From positions 96,001-160,000 of the IMG/VR virus record IMGVR_UViG_3300010429_001696: a stretch of 64,000 bases of DNA. One strand, given 5' to 3'. Position numbers and translations under genes: made by a program. Below, in pieces: positions 55,910-64,000 of the stretch; the stretch's first letter is position 1, and every line of letters begins with the position of its first letter. Below the pieces are notes generated by a model. The model had not been told where the DNA came from, ran no database searches, and was given only the letters and a program-made list of their open reading frames with translations. This DNA comes from a virus (lineage: Duplodnaviria; Caudoviricetes).

Positions 55910-55993
55910 TGCCCTTGATAGGATTCGAACCTACATATTCTTGCGAACGCGACATCCTAAGTGTCGTATGTCTCCCAGTTTCATCACAAGGGC
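55910..55993 (-). tRNA. tRNA-Leu(TAG)
   Basis: GCCCTTG/CAAGGGC acceptor, CGACA-CTTAGGA-TGTCG, long variable arm. Confidence 0.9.
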
Positions 55994-56001
55994 GATTTTT
56001 G

Positions 56002-56086
56002 TGCCGAAAAAAGGACTCGAACCTTCATGCCCTTCAAGAGCGCATCATTTTGAGTGATGTTTGTCTACCAATTCCAACATTTCGGC
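56002..56086 (-). tRNA. tRNA-Leu(CAA)
   Basis: GCCGAAA/TTTCGGC acceptor, CATCA-CTCAAAA-TGATG, long variable arm. Confidence 0.9.
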
Positions 56087-56690
56087 TTATTTTTTATTCA
56101 TTTTTAATTTTTTTATAACAGAATAAATAGTATTACTATTTATCTTTAACATTCTTGATATTTCAATAGATTTTAATCCTTTATTATATAAATCCTTTAC
56201 CGCTTCGTAATCAATTCTATATTCCTTATTTATATTTAACTCTTTAATTATTTCTGATATTGTGCTTTTTGAACAATTAAAAAATGTAGATATTTCTTTT
56301 TGATTCATACCATTTTCATACATTTTTTTGACTTCGTTTCTATTAATTTTTTGAGATAATCTTTTTAAATTATTGGATTTCAAAATTATTTCTTCTTTAT
56401 TTTTTTCAAAAAAATCTAAATCGGAATGTTCTTCAGTATGGCAATTGTTACATAATATTATACATTTATCTAGCTCTTCCATTATATAGTCTTTAATTAT
56501 ATCTGTATTTGAATTTCTACATCCACCTATTCCTTTAATTTTATCTCTAATATGATGAAATGATAAAGAATCATTAGATTTATTATAACCACATTTTTCA
56601 CAAGATTGACTATTTTTATATTTTAAAAATAATTTTTTAGATTCTTTATAAATAGTTTCTTCTTTTGAAGAATGAATCTCACTATGGAAT
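56087..56690 (-). pseudogene. N-terminally truncated HNH endonuclease with C-terminal HTH repeats, inside the tRNA cluster
   Basis: Frame open upstream of 56482: CEKCGYNKSNDSLSFHH...ELDKCIILCNNCHTEEH; no ATG before the HNH motif. Confidence 0.65.
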
Positions 56691-56699
56691 GATTCGATG

Positions 56700-56774
56700 T
56701 GTCCTAGGTGGTATTCGAAACCACACCTGTATACCCCCTCAAGATATCGCCTCTACCAATTGGGCTACTAGGAC
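56700..56774 (-). tRNA. tRNA with GAG (Leu) anticodon, short variable loop
   Basis: GTCCTAG/CTAGGAC acceptor, ATATC-TTGAGGG-GGTAT anticodon arm, GTGGT-TTCGAAT-ACCAC T arm; 75 nt. Confidence 0.8.
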
Positions 56775-56855
56775 TTTGCCGAAATAAGATAAGTTTACTA
56801 TCGCAAATTTTCTTTTCTGAGCATTTGATTCATTTCACCATCCGGTATTAAAATA

Positions 56856-56867
56856 TTTCAAAGAACA
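56856..56867 (-). promoter_or_regulatory. boxA-like motif TGTTCTTTGAAA ahead of the tRNAs
   Basis: GTTCTTTGA also at ~55648-55656 before tRNA-Leu(TAA) and at ~52528-52536. Confidence 0.45.
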
Positions 56868-56870
56868 AAT

Positions 56871-56903
56871 AAAAAACCCAGTCTTTTTTGAGACCGGGTT
56901 TTT
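56871..56903 (-). terminator. intrinsic terminator (attenuator) upstream of the tRNA-Leu cluster
   Basis: AAAAACCCGGTCT-CAAAAA-AGACTGGG-TTTTTT. Confidence 0.85.
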
Positions 56904-56925
56904 CGAAAAATATAAAATAAACACG

Positions 56926-57018
56926 TTATTTCATTAAGCATAAAAACCTGGTCCCATAGTTTCCTAACAATAGGCCTAAAACAGACAGGAGAAGGATATT
57001 TACGTTAATGTTTTTCAT
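56926..57018 (-). CDS. leucine-rich leader peptide MKNINVNILLLSVLGLLLGNYGTRFLCLMK (30 aa)
   Basis: 9 Leu; codons 9-18 include CTT CTC CTG TTA CTA TTG TTA; AATATATA box just upstream; contains the antiterminator arm at 56942-56953. Confidence 0.8.
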   Translation of the reverse strand: MKNINVNILLLSVLGLLLGNYGTRFLCLMK

Positions 57019-57537
57019 TGTTTATTTATATATTGTATAATAAATATGGTTTTTTTCCATTTTTAGTTTCAATTATACGACAAAATTATAAAAAAGTTTT
57101 AAATAAAAAAAATATTTTAATCATATTTAGCGATTATTTTATTAAATGATGGCGCCAAATATCCAAATTATTCAACGATTTTTATAAAAAGTGTGTCCTT
57201 ATCATTTTTTATTTTAAATGGTAAAGTTTCATTATTATAATTAAGAAAATTAGATTTTTTTGAAAATCTAAAATTCTGTTTGGTTTTAGAATAATCTCCG
57301 TTTTTTTCAAAAATCGATTTTCCATTTGTGGCAAAATACATCTTTTTATCAAAAAAATCCATGAATTGATAAAAAGTCAATCCTGTACCAATGAAAGGCA
57401 CATCAATTAATTCGTAAATTCTACCATTCGTTACACATCTATAAAATTCTTTCATATCTTTTTTTATTATCTTAACAAAAAATTACAAAAAAGTTTTAAA
57501 TTTTAATCATATTTAGCGATTATATCCATCTTCAAGT

Positions 57538-57711
57538 TTATTCGCATAGGTCCTTTTCAGATATTGTTTTCACAGCTATTGTATTATGTTCATTATCAAA
57601 AAGTTCGACTTCGAACACACCATTACCATGATCGAAAACAATAGTGCCTTTCGTGCCACATTTTATTTCATCAACATCATTTTTCAAAACTATAGTATCA
57701 AGCTCTTTCAT
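57538..57711 (-). CDS. DUF4926-like small protein (57 aa, not in ORF track)
   Basis: MKELDTIVLKNDV...GTKGTIV...FEVELFD; ATGA overlap with the upstream gene. Confidence 0.6.
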   Translation of the reverse strand: MKELDTIVLKNDVDEIKCGTKGTIVFDHGNGVFEVELFDNEHNTIAVKTISEKDLCE

Positions 57712-58136
57712 ATCATTTTAAAACTTTTTTTTTCATTTACAGGCCACAAATATTTTCCATCATTAAATCCTTTATCATTAAAAAATATTGACGAGTAAAA
57801 ATCTTCATTTTTTTCTATTAATCTTGCTCGCATTGCTCTGTGGAAATCTTCATTACCTAACCACCAAGGCATTACTATTTCTCCTTGTATATCGATTAGT
57901 TTCATATTATTTTTATATCCACGATTTATCCACTCTTTAACCATATGATTATAATAATCTTTGAGCGCGTTCTCATAACCAATCCACATAAGCACGGCTG
58001 GATGGTTTTTCCAACCGCTTCCATTTTTTATCGTGTTGAGAATTTGATATGCTTCAACTCTTTGCTTGCCGAGTCTTCGATAATCTAAAGCCATTGCTGA
58101 TTGTTTAAAATCTGGATATGGGAGAAATGTTTGCAT
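57708..58136 (-). CDS. pyrimidine dimer DNA glycosylase-like (MSMEG_6728/DenV family)
   Basis: MQTFLP, LDYRRLGKQRVE, HPAVLMW, EWINRGY, PWWLG. Confidence 0.85.
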   Translation of the reverse strand: MQTFLPYPDFKQSAMALDYRRLGKQRVEAYQILNTIKNGSGWKNHPAVLMWIGYENALKDYYNHMVKEWINRGYKNNMKLIDIQGEIVMPWWLGNEDFHRAMRARLIEKNEDFYSSIFFNDKGFNDGKYLWPVNEKKSFKMI

Positions 58137-58507
58137 GAAAATATTTTAAAAATATCCTAACCATTCTTCAAATGATGGTATTCTAGGTAAAGGATGCATA
58201 TAGTGGATGTATCCATCAAAATCTAAAGCTCCTTCTCCGAATTTTATTTCAACTTCATCAAAACTCATACACCTTCATTTGTTAAGCAAATTTAAAAAGA
58301 TTTTTTTAATAAAAAAAATAATATATATGAAATATGAAAAATATAAAATTATACGAACAATTGTTCATTCATCATTTTTAAATGTTTCATTGTCTTTTTT
58401 TTATTTTTTTTTTGAAAATATACTATTATATATTGATTTTTTTATATTGATTTTTTTATAAACATTTTTTTATTAATTTTATATATCTTTTAAAAATTAT
58501 TATCTAT

Positions 58508-59653
58508 ATGGGTTATAAATATATCAAAAATAAACTGCCTTTATCCGGATTTTATATTTCTTTCTTTGGCAGCACAATGAACGAGCGTAAAGGTATATAC
58601 GGAATATCACATCTTATGGAGCATTTACTTTGTAAAGGGCTGGATCCTTATATGAATTCTTTAGAGCAAGACGGAATAAGTTGGAACGCATACACAAGCA
58701 GTCGTGAGATACTTTTTTATATGACAGGTCTCGAAAAAAATGTTAAAAAATGGAGAAAATTGTTTTATGAAAAAATATCCAATTTTGGTGTGACAGAAGA
58801 ACAATTCTTGAATGAGAAAAAAATAGTCATTGAAGAATATAAAGATTCTTTTAATGATCAGGTGGCTTGGCACTTTGATAATCTTTTTAGAAAACTCTAT
58901 AATAAATATGATTCCATCGGTCTATTGGAAGATTTGGAAAACTTAACATTTGAAGATTGTAAAAATTTCTTCGAGTTACAATACTCGAAACCAAATTATA
59001 TTGTAGATATTTCAAAAAGAAAGGATGAAGATCTAAGTAAATATTTTGAAAGTTTAGAATATAGCAACAATATGTATGAAAATGAAATTGTTGAGTTTAA
59101 ACTCAATGAAGATTTTATATACCAAAAAGGAAATGATTATAAAGATAAATCATCGATTTTGATTTTATTGAAAAATGTTATAGATGGAGACAATGCTTAT
59201 GTAGATTTTATATCACATATGTTGAGCGGTGGATTGAAATCTCCTCTTTATCAAGAAGTTAGAGAAAAAAGAGGACTTGTTTATTATATATGGTCTTATC
59301 AGAAAGACATAACAAACAGATCTAGCGTTGCTTTGATTCAAACAGAAACATCAAAAGAAAACTCAAAAGAAGTTGTGGATGTTATATTGAGCATAATAAA
59401 CAATCCTAAAAGATATATGACAAAGAAAAGATTTAACATTGTCAAAAAATATTATAAAATTTATTATGAAAAAGAAAATATTATGTTGCACAATAACGGG
59501 CATAAATTTGTGACACCAGAAAATTTTTTGTTAGAGAAGATTTTAAAGGATATAACTTATGAAAAAGTTATGGAAGTGTATAATAAATATTTTAAAGATT
59601 TTTATGTATCAATAGATTCTGAGGAATTTAAAAATGAACTACTACGACACTAA
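58508..59653 (+). CDS. M16 family zinc peptidase
   Basis: GISHLMEH, NAYTS, EKKIVIEE, SPLYQEVREKRGLVY. Confidence 0.9.
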   Translation: MGYKYIKNKLPLSGFYISFFGSTMNERKGIYGISHLMEHLLCKGLDPYMNSLEQDGISWNAYTSSREILFYMTGLEKNVKKWRKLFYEKISNFGVTEEQFLNEKKIVIEEYKDSFNDQVAWHFDNLFRKLYNKYDSIGLLEDLENLTFEDCKNFFELQYSKPNYIVDISKRKDEDLSKYFESLEYSNNMYENEIVEFKLNEDFIYQKGNDYKDKSSILILLKNVIDGDNAYVDFISHMLSGGLKSPLYQEVREKRGLVYYIWSYQKDITNRSSVALIQTETSKENSKEVVDVILSIINNPKRYMTKKRFNIVKKYYKIYYEKENIMLHNNGHKFVTPENFLLEKILKDITYEKVMEVYNKYFKDFYVSIDSEEFKNELLRH

Positions 59654-59720
59654 AGATGTCGTAGTTTCGTTAAAAAGATTATACTTTTTAATAACACTTG
59701 AGAAATCAAGAGGCTCGTTC
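59635..59720 (-). mobile_element. second IS200/IS605-type right-end remnant
   Basis: gaaactacgacatctttagtgtcgtagtagttca hairpin, same architecture as at 52206; extent beyond 59668 uncertain. Confidence 0.55.
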
Positions 59721-60605
59721 ATAGAAGCAAAATGATTTTCAAATTTTGGCGATACTAAAACGAAAACAAAAACAAAAAAAAAATTATAATACCATCTATT
59801 GATGAGTGGTTAAAAAATATTGAATAAAATGAGAATTTTAGATCGTCAAAATATGACAAGACTTATGAAAGAAGTCTGTGATAAACTGGATAAAAATGAA
59901 ATAAAAAACGAAATACCATTTGTTTATAAAAACAAGAATGAGTTTGATCATATCAAAATGTTGGTGCCATTAAATATAGATGCTTCCGTGCTCGGCGGAA
60001 TTTTAGATAGCACTGAATATCAAGATAGTAGTAAATTCATAGATTTTTATTATAAGGGGTTTCGTTTTATCTTCATTCGAACAGATGAAGATGAATTTTT
60101 TCAATCTTTCTTTTATTATAGTTGGGATATTCTATCAACTCTTATGAATGTTATTCTAAATCAATTTGGTATGAATTTAACTCCATCTGGACTTCGCTTT
60201 GTAGCAGAAGGAAAAAACATATTTTTGACAAATAATATGAAATATGTCATAGAATTTTTAGATATGAATTTTGATATTTATAAAAAAGGTTTTTATGATT
60301 TTTATAGCGAAGTTTCTTATATAATAACATCTCCATATTATGATAATAAAATATTTCAAGATTATGAAATAAACAGCGATAACTTTCTTTATTTTGATAT
60401 TAAACCACAACTCGATGAAGCCAAAAAAATATTATATCCGTTCAAGGCTTCTTATAATTTTAGTGAAATGGATGATTTTCTAATGAAAGTTGATTTGATG
60501 TTTGAAGGATCAAATTTTCTTTTGAATATGATGAAAGAAATGAAATAATAATTTTTCTATTTTCAAAAAAGAATATATAGAAAAAGTGAAATATGCTTTT
60601 TTTAT

Positions 60606-62411
60606 ATGAAACAATTTAAAATTAACGAGGGAATAGAAAAAACTGGAAAATTTATCAAAAAAGATTTTTTTGAATTTGGTGATATTGTTAAGCATAAAGA
60701 ATATCCAGAATATGGTTTTGGTACTGTAATAAACAATGATGTTATTGTAAGAATAAAATTTGATAATAAAGATGAAGCATGGACCACTAGTCAAGGTTAT
60801 GCTCATCTTTATTTATTTTTAAAAAGAGATGACAAGAAGGATGCTGAATTTGTTCCTATTGTATATTTTGTAAAGAATAAACTAGAGTTTTATCATCTTA
60901 TGAAATATCTTGATGCCAGAGGATATAGATGCACTATTGGAAAACTGACATCGTTGATTTATGATCCAGATTATCAAGTTGTTCATATAAGAAAACCGTT
61001 TTTTGTAGCATTCTCTACTTTGGAGCAATTCGAGTATCATAAAGTCGAAACATATAAAAATAATTTTATAAAAAAAGAATTACCCTTTGAAATAAAAAAA
61101 ATAGACATCGAAGACGATCCCTGGGAAGAAGAAACTCCGACATATAGAGAAAAATTAGATGAAGCAATAAAACCGAAAACATTTGAGATGTCTGGCCCGC
61201 CACCCCATTCTATGTGGAGAACAAAAGCAGATTTTGTTGCTGATATGGAAAAAATTGGATATACTCATACGACATTGAACAAAGAGACCAGTATGTTAAT
61301 AACTGATGTGGCTGGCACGTTGAAATGTGAAAAAGCTAGAAAATATGGCATACCAATATATAGTTACGAGCAAGCTTATAAAATGTTTTCAAAGAAAATG
61401 AGAAAACGATTAAATCTTGAAGATGATCCTTGGAGCGAAGAAGATTGGGGATGGGAAGAAGTAAATGAAGGCATAGAAGATCATATAAATTTCTTAGAAG
61501 ATAAGGGAGTCCTTTTTAAAACAGAAAAAGATTATGTAGAGTTTTTAAAGAAAATGGAAGATCTTGGCTATGTTTGGTATATTACTAAAGATAAGCCTAC
61601 AAGTAGAAACTATTTTGGTTCCAATAACAATATAATTGGAATAAAACAAAATAAAGGATTGTCTAATGGTGTATATGGCTGTGGTATAATACCATATGAA
61701 TATTTGAAACATTTAGAAAAACTTAAGAAGAAGCAAAATCTCAGTGATGATCCTTGGAATGAAGAAGATTGGGGATGGGAAGAAATAAGGGAATCTGATT
61801 CGAGTGAAAACATAACAATTGTTAAATTTAATTCCAGGAGTAAATATAAGTTGGCTCTATCGCATTTAGAGAATAATGGATATCTTTGGAGAAGTGGTCA
61901 TAAGCCAACAGAATTTGTGTATTGGGGGGGAAGAAATGAAGGATTACGAATAAATCATGACACCAAAATAATAACTGCTTCTAGACGTGGCATGGGAAAA
62001 ATCTTTTCTGATATGAACGATCTAATTAATAGCAAGATAAAAAGAAAACAAAACTTAAAAGATGATCCATGGGACGAAGAAAATTGGGGGTGGGAAGAAA
62101 TAAAAGAAAATAACGAATTCAATACAAAATTTAGTGAAGGGGATAGAGTTAGAATTAGAGATGATTCATCGTTTAAATTTCAAGCTTATGAGCTTGGAGG
62201 AAATGGACTTGGGTATATAAAATCAATAGCTAACAGCGACTATAATGGTCTAAATTATAGAGTGGAATGGGATAATGGACATTACAACGCGTACGGCGTT
62301 AATGATCTAGAGATATTTAATGATGAAAAAAAGATGAAGAAAATAAGAAAACCTGATATAGATCCATGGCAAGAAGAAGATTGGGGATGGGAGGAAATAA
62401 ATAAAACTTAA
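60606..62411 (+). CDS. modular protein: SH3-like, BRCT-like and other small domains separated by five DPW tags
   Basis: DDPWxEE(DWGWEE) at ~61113, 61422, 61746, 62061, 62361; BRCT-like KTFEMSG...KCEKARKYGIPIYSYE. Confidence 0.75.
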   Translation: MKQFKINEGIEKTGKFIKKDFFEFGDIVKHKEYPEYGFGTVINNDVIVRIKFDNKDEAWTTSQGYAHLYLFLKRDDKKDAEFVPIVYFVKNKLEFYHLMKYLDARGYRCTIGKLTSLIYDPDYQVVHIRKPFFVAFSTLEQFEYHKVETYKNNFIKKELPFEIKKIDIEDDPWEEETPTYREKLDEAIKPKTFEMSGPPPHSMWRTKADFVADMEKIGYTHTTLNKETSMLITDVAGTLKCEKARKYGIPIYSYEQAYKMFSKKMRKRLNLEDDPWSEEDWGWEEVNEGIEDHINFLEDKGVLFKTEKDYVEFLKKMEDLGYVWYITKDKPTSRNYFGSNNNIIGIKQNKGLSNGVYGCGIIPYEYLKHLEKLKKKQNLSDDPWNEEDWGWEEIRESDSSENITIVKFNSRSKYKLALSHLENNGYLWRSGHKPTEFVYWGGRNEGLRINHDTKIITASRRGMGKIFSDMNDLINSKIKRKQNLKDDPWDEENWGWEEIKENNEFNTKFSEGDRVRIRDDSSFKFQAYELGGNGLGYIKSIANSDYNGLNYRVEWDNGHYNAYGVNDLEIFNDEKKMKKIRKPDIDPWQEEDWGWEEINKT

Positions 62412-63129
62412 AACATAATTCAAAAATAGATGTCAGATAAAATTGATAATTATTTTGATAAATATAAAAATTATTATGAAAGTAAAACAATTATATACGC
62501 AAAAGGTATTGCTAAAAATATAGATAGATCAGAAATATTAAAGAATATGTTGGATAATAACAATATAGATATATTAACTTTCATCAATGAAATATCTTAT
62601 TTATCCGATTTCAAATTAAAAAATTATGGCGATGAAAAATTAGCAATAGACGAGATGCAAAGCGTTTTAGATTATATCGCCTTTTCTAATGAAATAGAAA
62701 AACAAATGTTGCTTGGTAATATAGAATTTTCTTCCATTGGTGAAGATGGAATACTGTTTTATAAAGCGAATTCATATGCCATAGAATATTTCTATGAAGA
62801 GCTAGGCATAGAATTACCCGAAGATGAATTCAGTATAGATTTATCGAATGATGATAATGAAGATTTTAATGCCCAATTAAATTAAAACTTTTTATATTTT
62901 TTTTATATAATCCATATTATGAACGGAAAAGTATGCGCTGTTTATCGAGATATAATAAAAGAAAATACTTATAGATTTTCTTGGCAAACAGATAAGGAAT
63001 ATTTCGGTGAAATAACTTGTTTTTATGAAAATGGAAAATGGATAATAGATTCAGAATATATGGGGTTAGAATTTATAAACGAAGTTTTAAATTTTTGGTT
63101 TAGACAAGAAAAAAATAATGACAAAGAAA

Positions 63130-63474
63130 ATGGAAATGACAAAGAATGATTTTATAGAAAAAGTTTTCGATTATGAAAAAGAAAACGATTGGAAATTTAA
63201 GGGCGATAAACCTTGTTTGATTGATTGTCACGCTTTATGGTGTCGGCCGTGTTTAGCGATGACCCCCATTTTAGAAGAATTATCTGATGAATATAAAGGT
63301 AAAGTTGACATTTATAAAGTTGATGTTGATGAAGAAAATGAAATAGCCGCTTTATTTAACGTGCAAAGTATACCAACATTTATATTTATTCCAAAAAACA
63401 GCGAACCAATAGTGACACAGGGCGCTTTACCGAAATCAGCTTTGAGAAAGATTATAGAAGAACATCTATTATAA
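63130..63474 (+). CDS. trxA: thioredoxin
   Basis: WCRPC, YKVDVD, VQSIPT; Bacteroidota-like N-terminus FIEKVFDYE..WKFKGDKP; exact start uncertain (63118/63130/63136). Confidence 0.9.
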   Translation: MEMTKNDFIEKVFDYEKENDWKFKGDKPCLIDCHALWCRPCLAMTPILEELSDEYKGKVDIYKVDVDEENEIAALFNVQSIPTFIFIPKNSEPIVTQGALPKSALRKIIEEHLL

Positions 63475-64000
63475 GTTATTCTTTTTCATTTCTATTTCCA
63501 AAATGAACTCTCTTTCTATTTTGTTAGATATCAATTTATCTACATTAATTTTATTGCCAATTTCCCTATTAATATTAATATTTTTTATATAATTTTCTAA
63601 ATTTTTTTTTCCGTAGAATTCCATTTTTTCATTTTTTGTTATTAAATGATATATTTTAAAACTAAATTTATTTATAAGTCCTTTATTCCATGGCACTTGG
63701 GAATTTTTAAGACCTTTATTCCAGGGTTTTTTTCCTTTTAAAGATTCTGATACTTTTTTTATTCTTTCTGCGCTATATTTTTTTCCTAAACCAGCTATTC
63801 TTCTTTTTTCTTTTTCTTCATTGGATCTATTTCCATATATCTCTTCGTATGTTTTTCCTTTTCTTTTTTTCAACATCAACTGGACCGATTTATGTACCCC
63901 AGCATTATGCAATCTTTTAGATTCATCGCTCGCTAATGTTCCGGCGCCGCCCCTCCCCCCATCAGACATATTGTAGAATTCCTTTGATTCTACAGCGTTA
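63469..64000 (-). CDS. NUMOD3-containing homing endonuclease, C-terminal part (cut by window edge)
   Basis: FYNMSDGGRGG, KGKTYEEIYG, PWNKG repeats. Confidence 0.7.
   Translation of the reverse strand, partial: NAVESKEFYNMSDGGRGGAGTLASDESKRLHNAGVHKSVQLMLKKRKGKTYEEIYGNRSNEEKEKRRIAGLGKKYSAERIKKVSESLKGKKPWNKGLKNSQVPWNKGLINKFSFKIYHLITKNEKMEFYGKKNLENYIKNININREIGNKINVDKLISNKIEREFILEIEMKKNNL

Noticed and set aside
56700-56774. tRNA-Ser(TGA) or a suppressor tRNA
   Set aside because: The five-pair stem ATATC/GGTAT centres the 7-nt loop on GAG.
56926-57018. Type I toxin or small membrane peptide instead of a leader
   Set aside because: The hydrophobic stretch is short, and use of all six Leu codons plus the antiterminator pairing and position fit attenuation better; not formally excluded.
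59820-60548. Nucleotidyltransferase or PolX-like enzyme
   Set aside because: Only a faint C-terminal resemblance and no G-D-x-D motif; left as hypothetical.

Overview
AT-rich, densely coding 64 kb segment that reads as part of a very large (jumbo/huge) T4-like tailed phage genome, probably infecting Bacteroidota (TAnnTTTG promoters, Bacteroidota-type lipoproteins). Standard genetic code. Recognisable genes: N-domain-less ClpC, DnaK split by a group I intron with an endonuclease ORF, DinG-like helicase, class II RNR, a glycosyl/methyltransferase cluster plus GDP-fucose synthase, two DNA MTases, a MoxR/VWA pair, GH16, thymidine kinase, M16 peptidase, thioredoxin, several homing endonucleases and four tRNA-Leu genes. 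Unexplained structure found by reading the sequence: (1) a 30-codon leader using all six Leu codons, with overlapping antiterminator/terminator stems, directly upstream of the tRNA-Leu cluster (candidate ribosome-mediated attenuator controlling phage tRNAs); (2) two integron-like gene cassettes with attC-like palindromes; (3) LRR genes built from shared 66-bp modules; (4) recurrent N-terminal and acidic peptide tags on many unrelated proteins, including a tag-punctuated polyprotein; (5) ORF-less IS200/IS605-type elements retaining an omegaRNA-like right end. All family calls come from motif recognition by eye; no database searches or folding programs were run.
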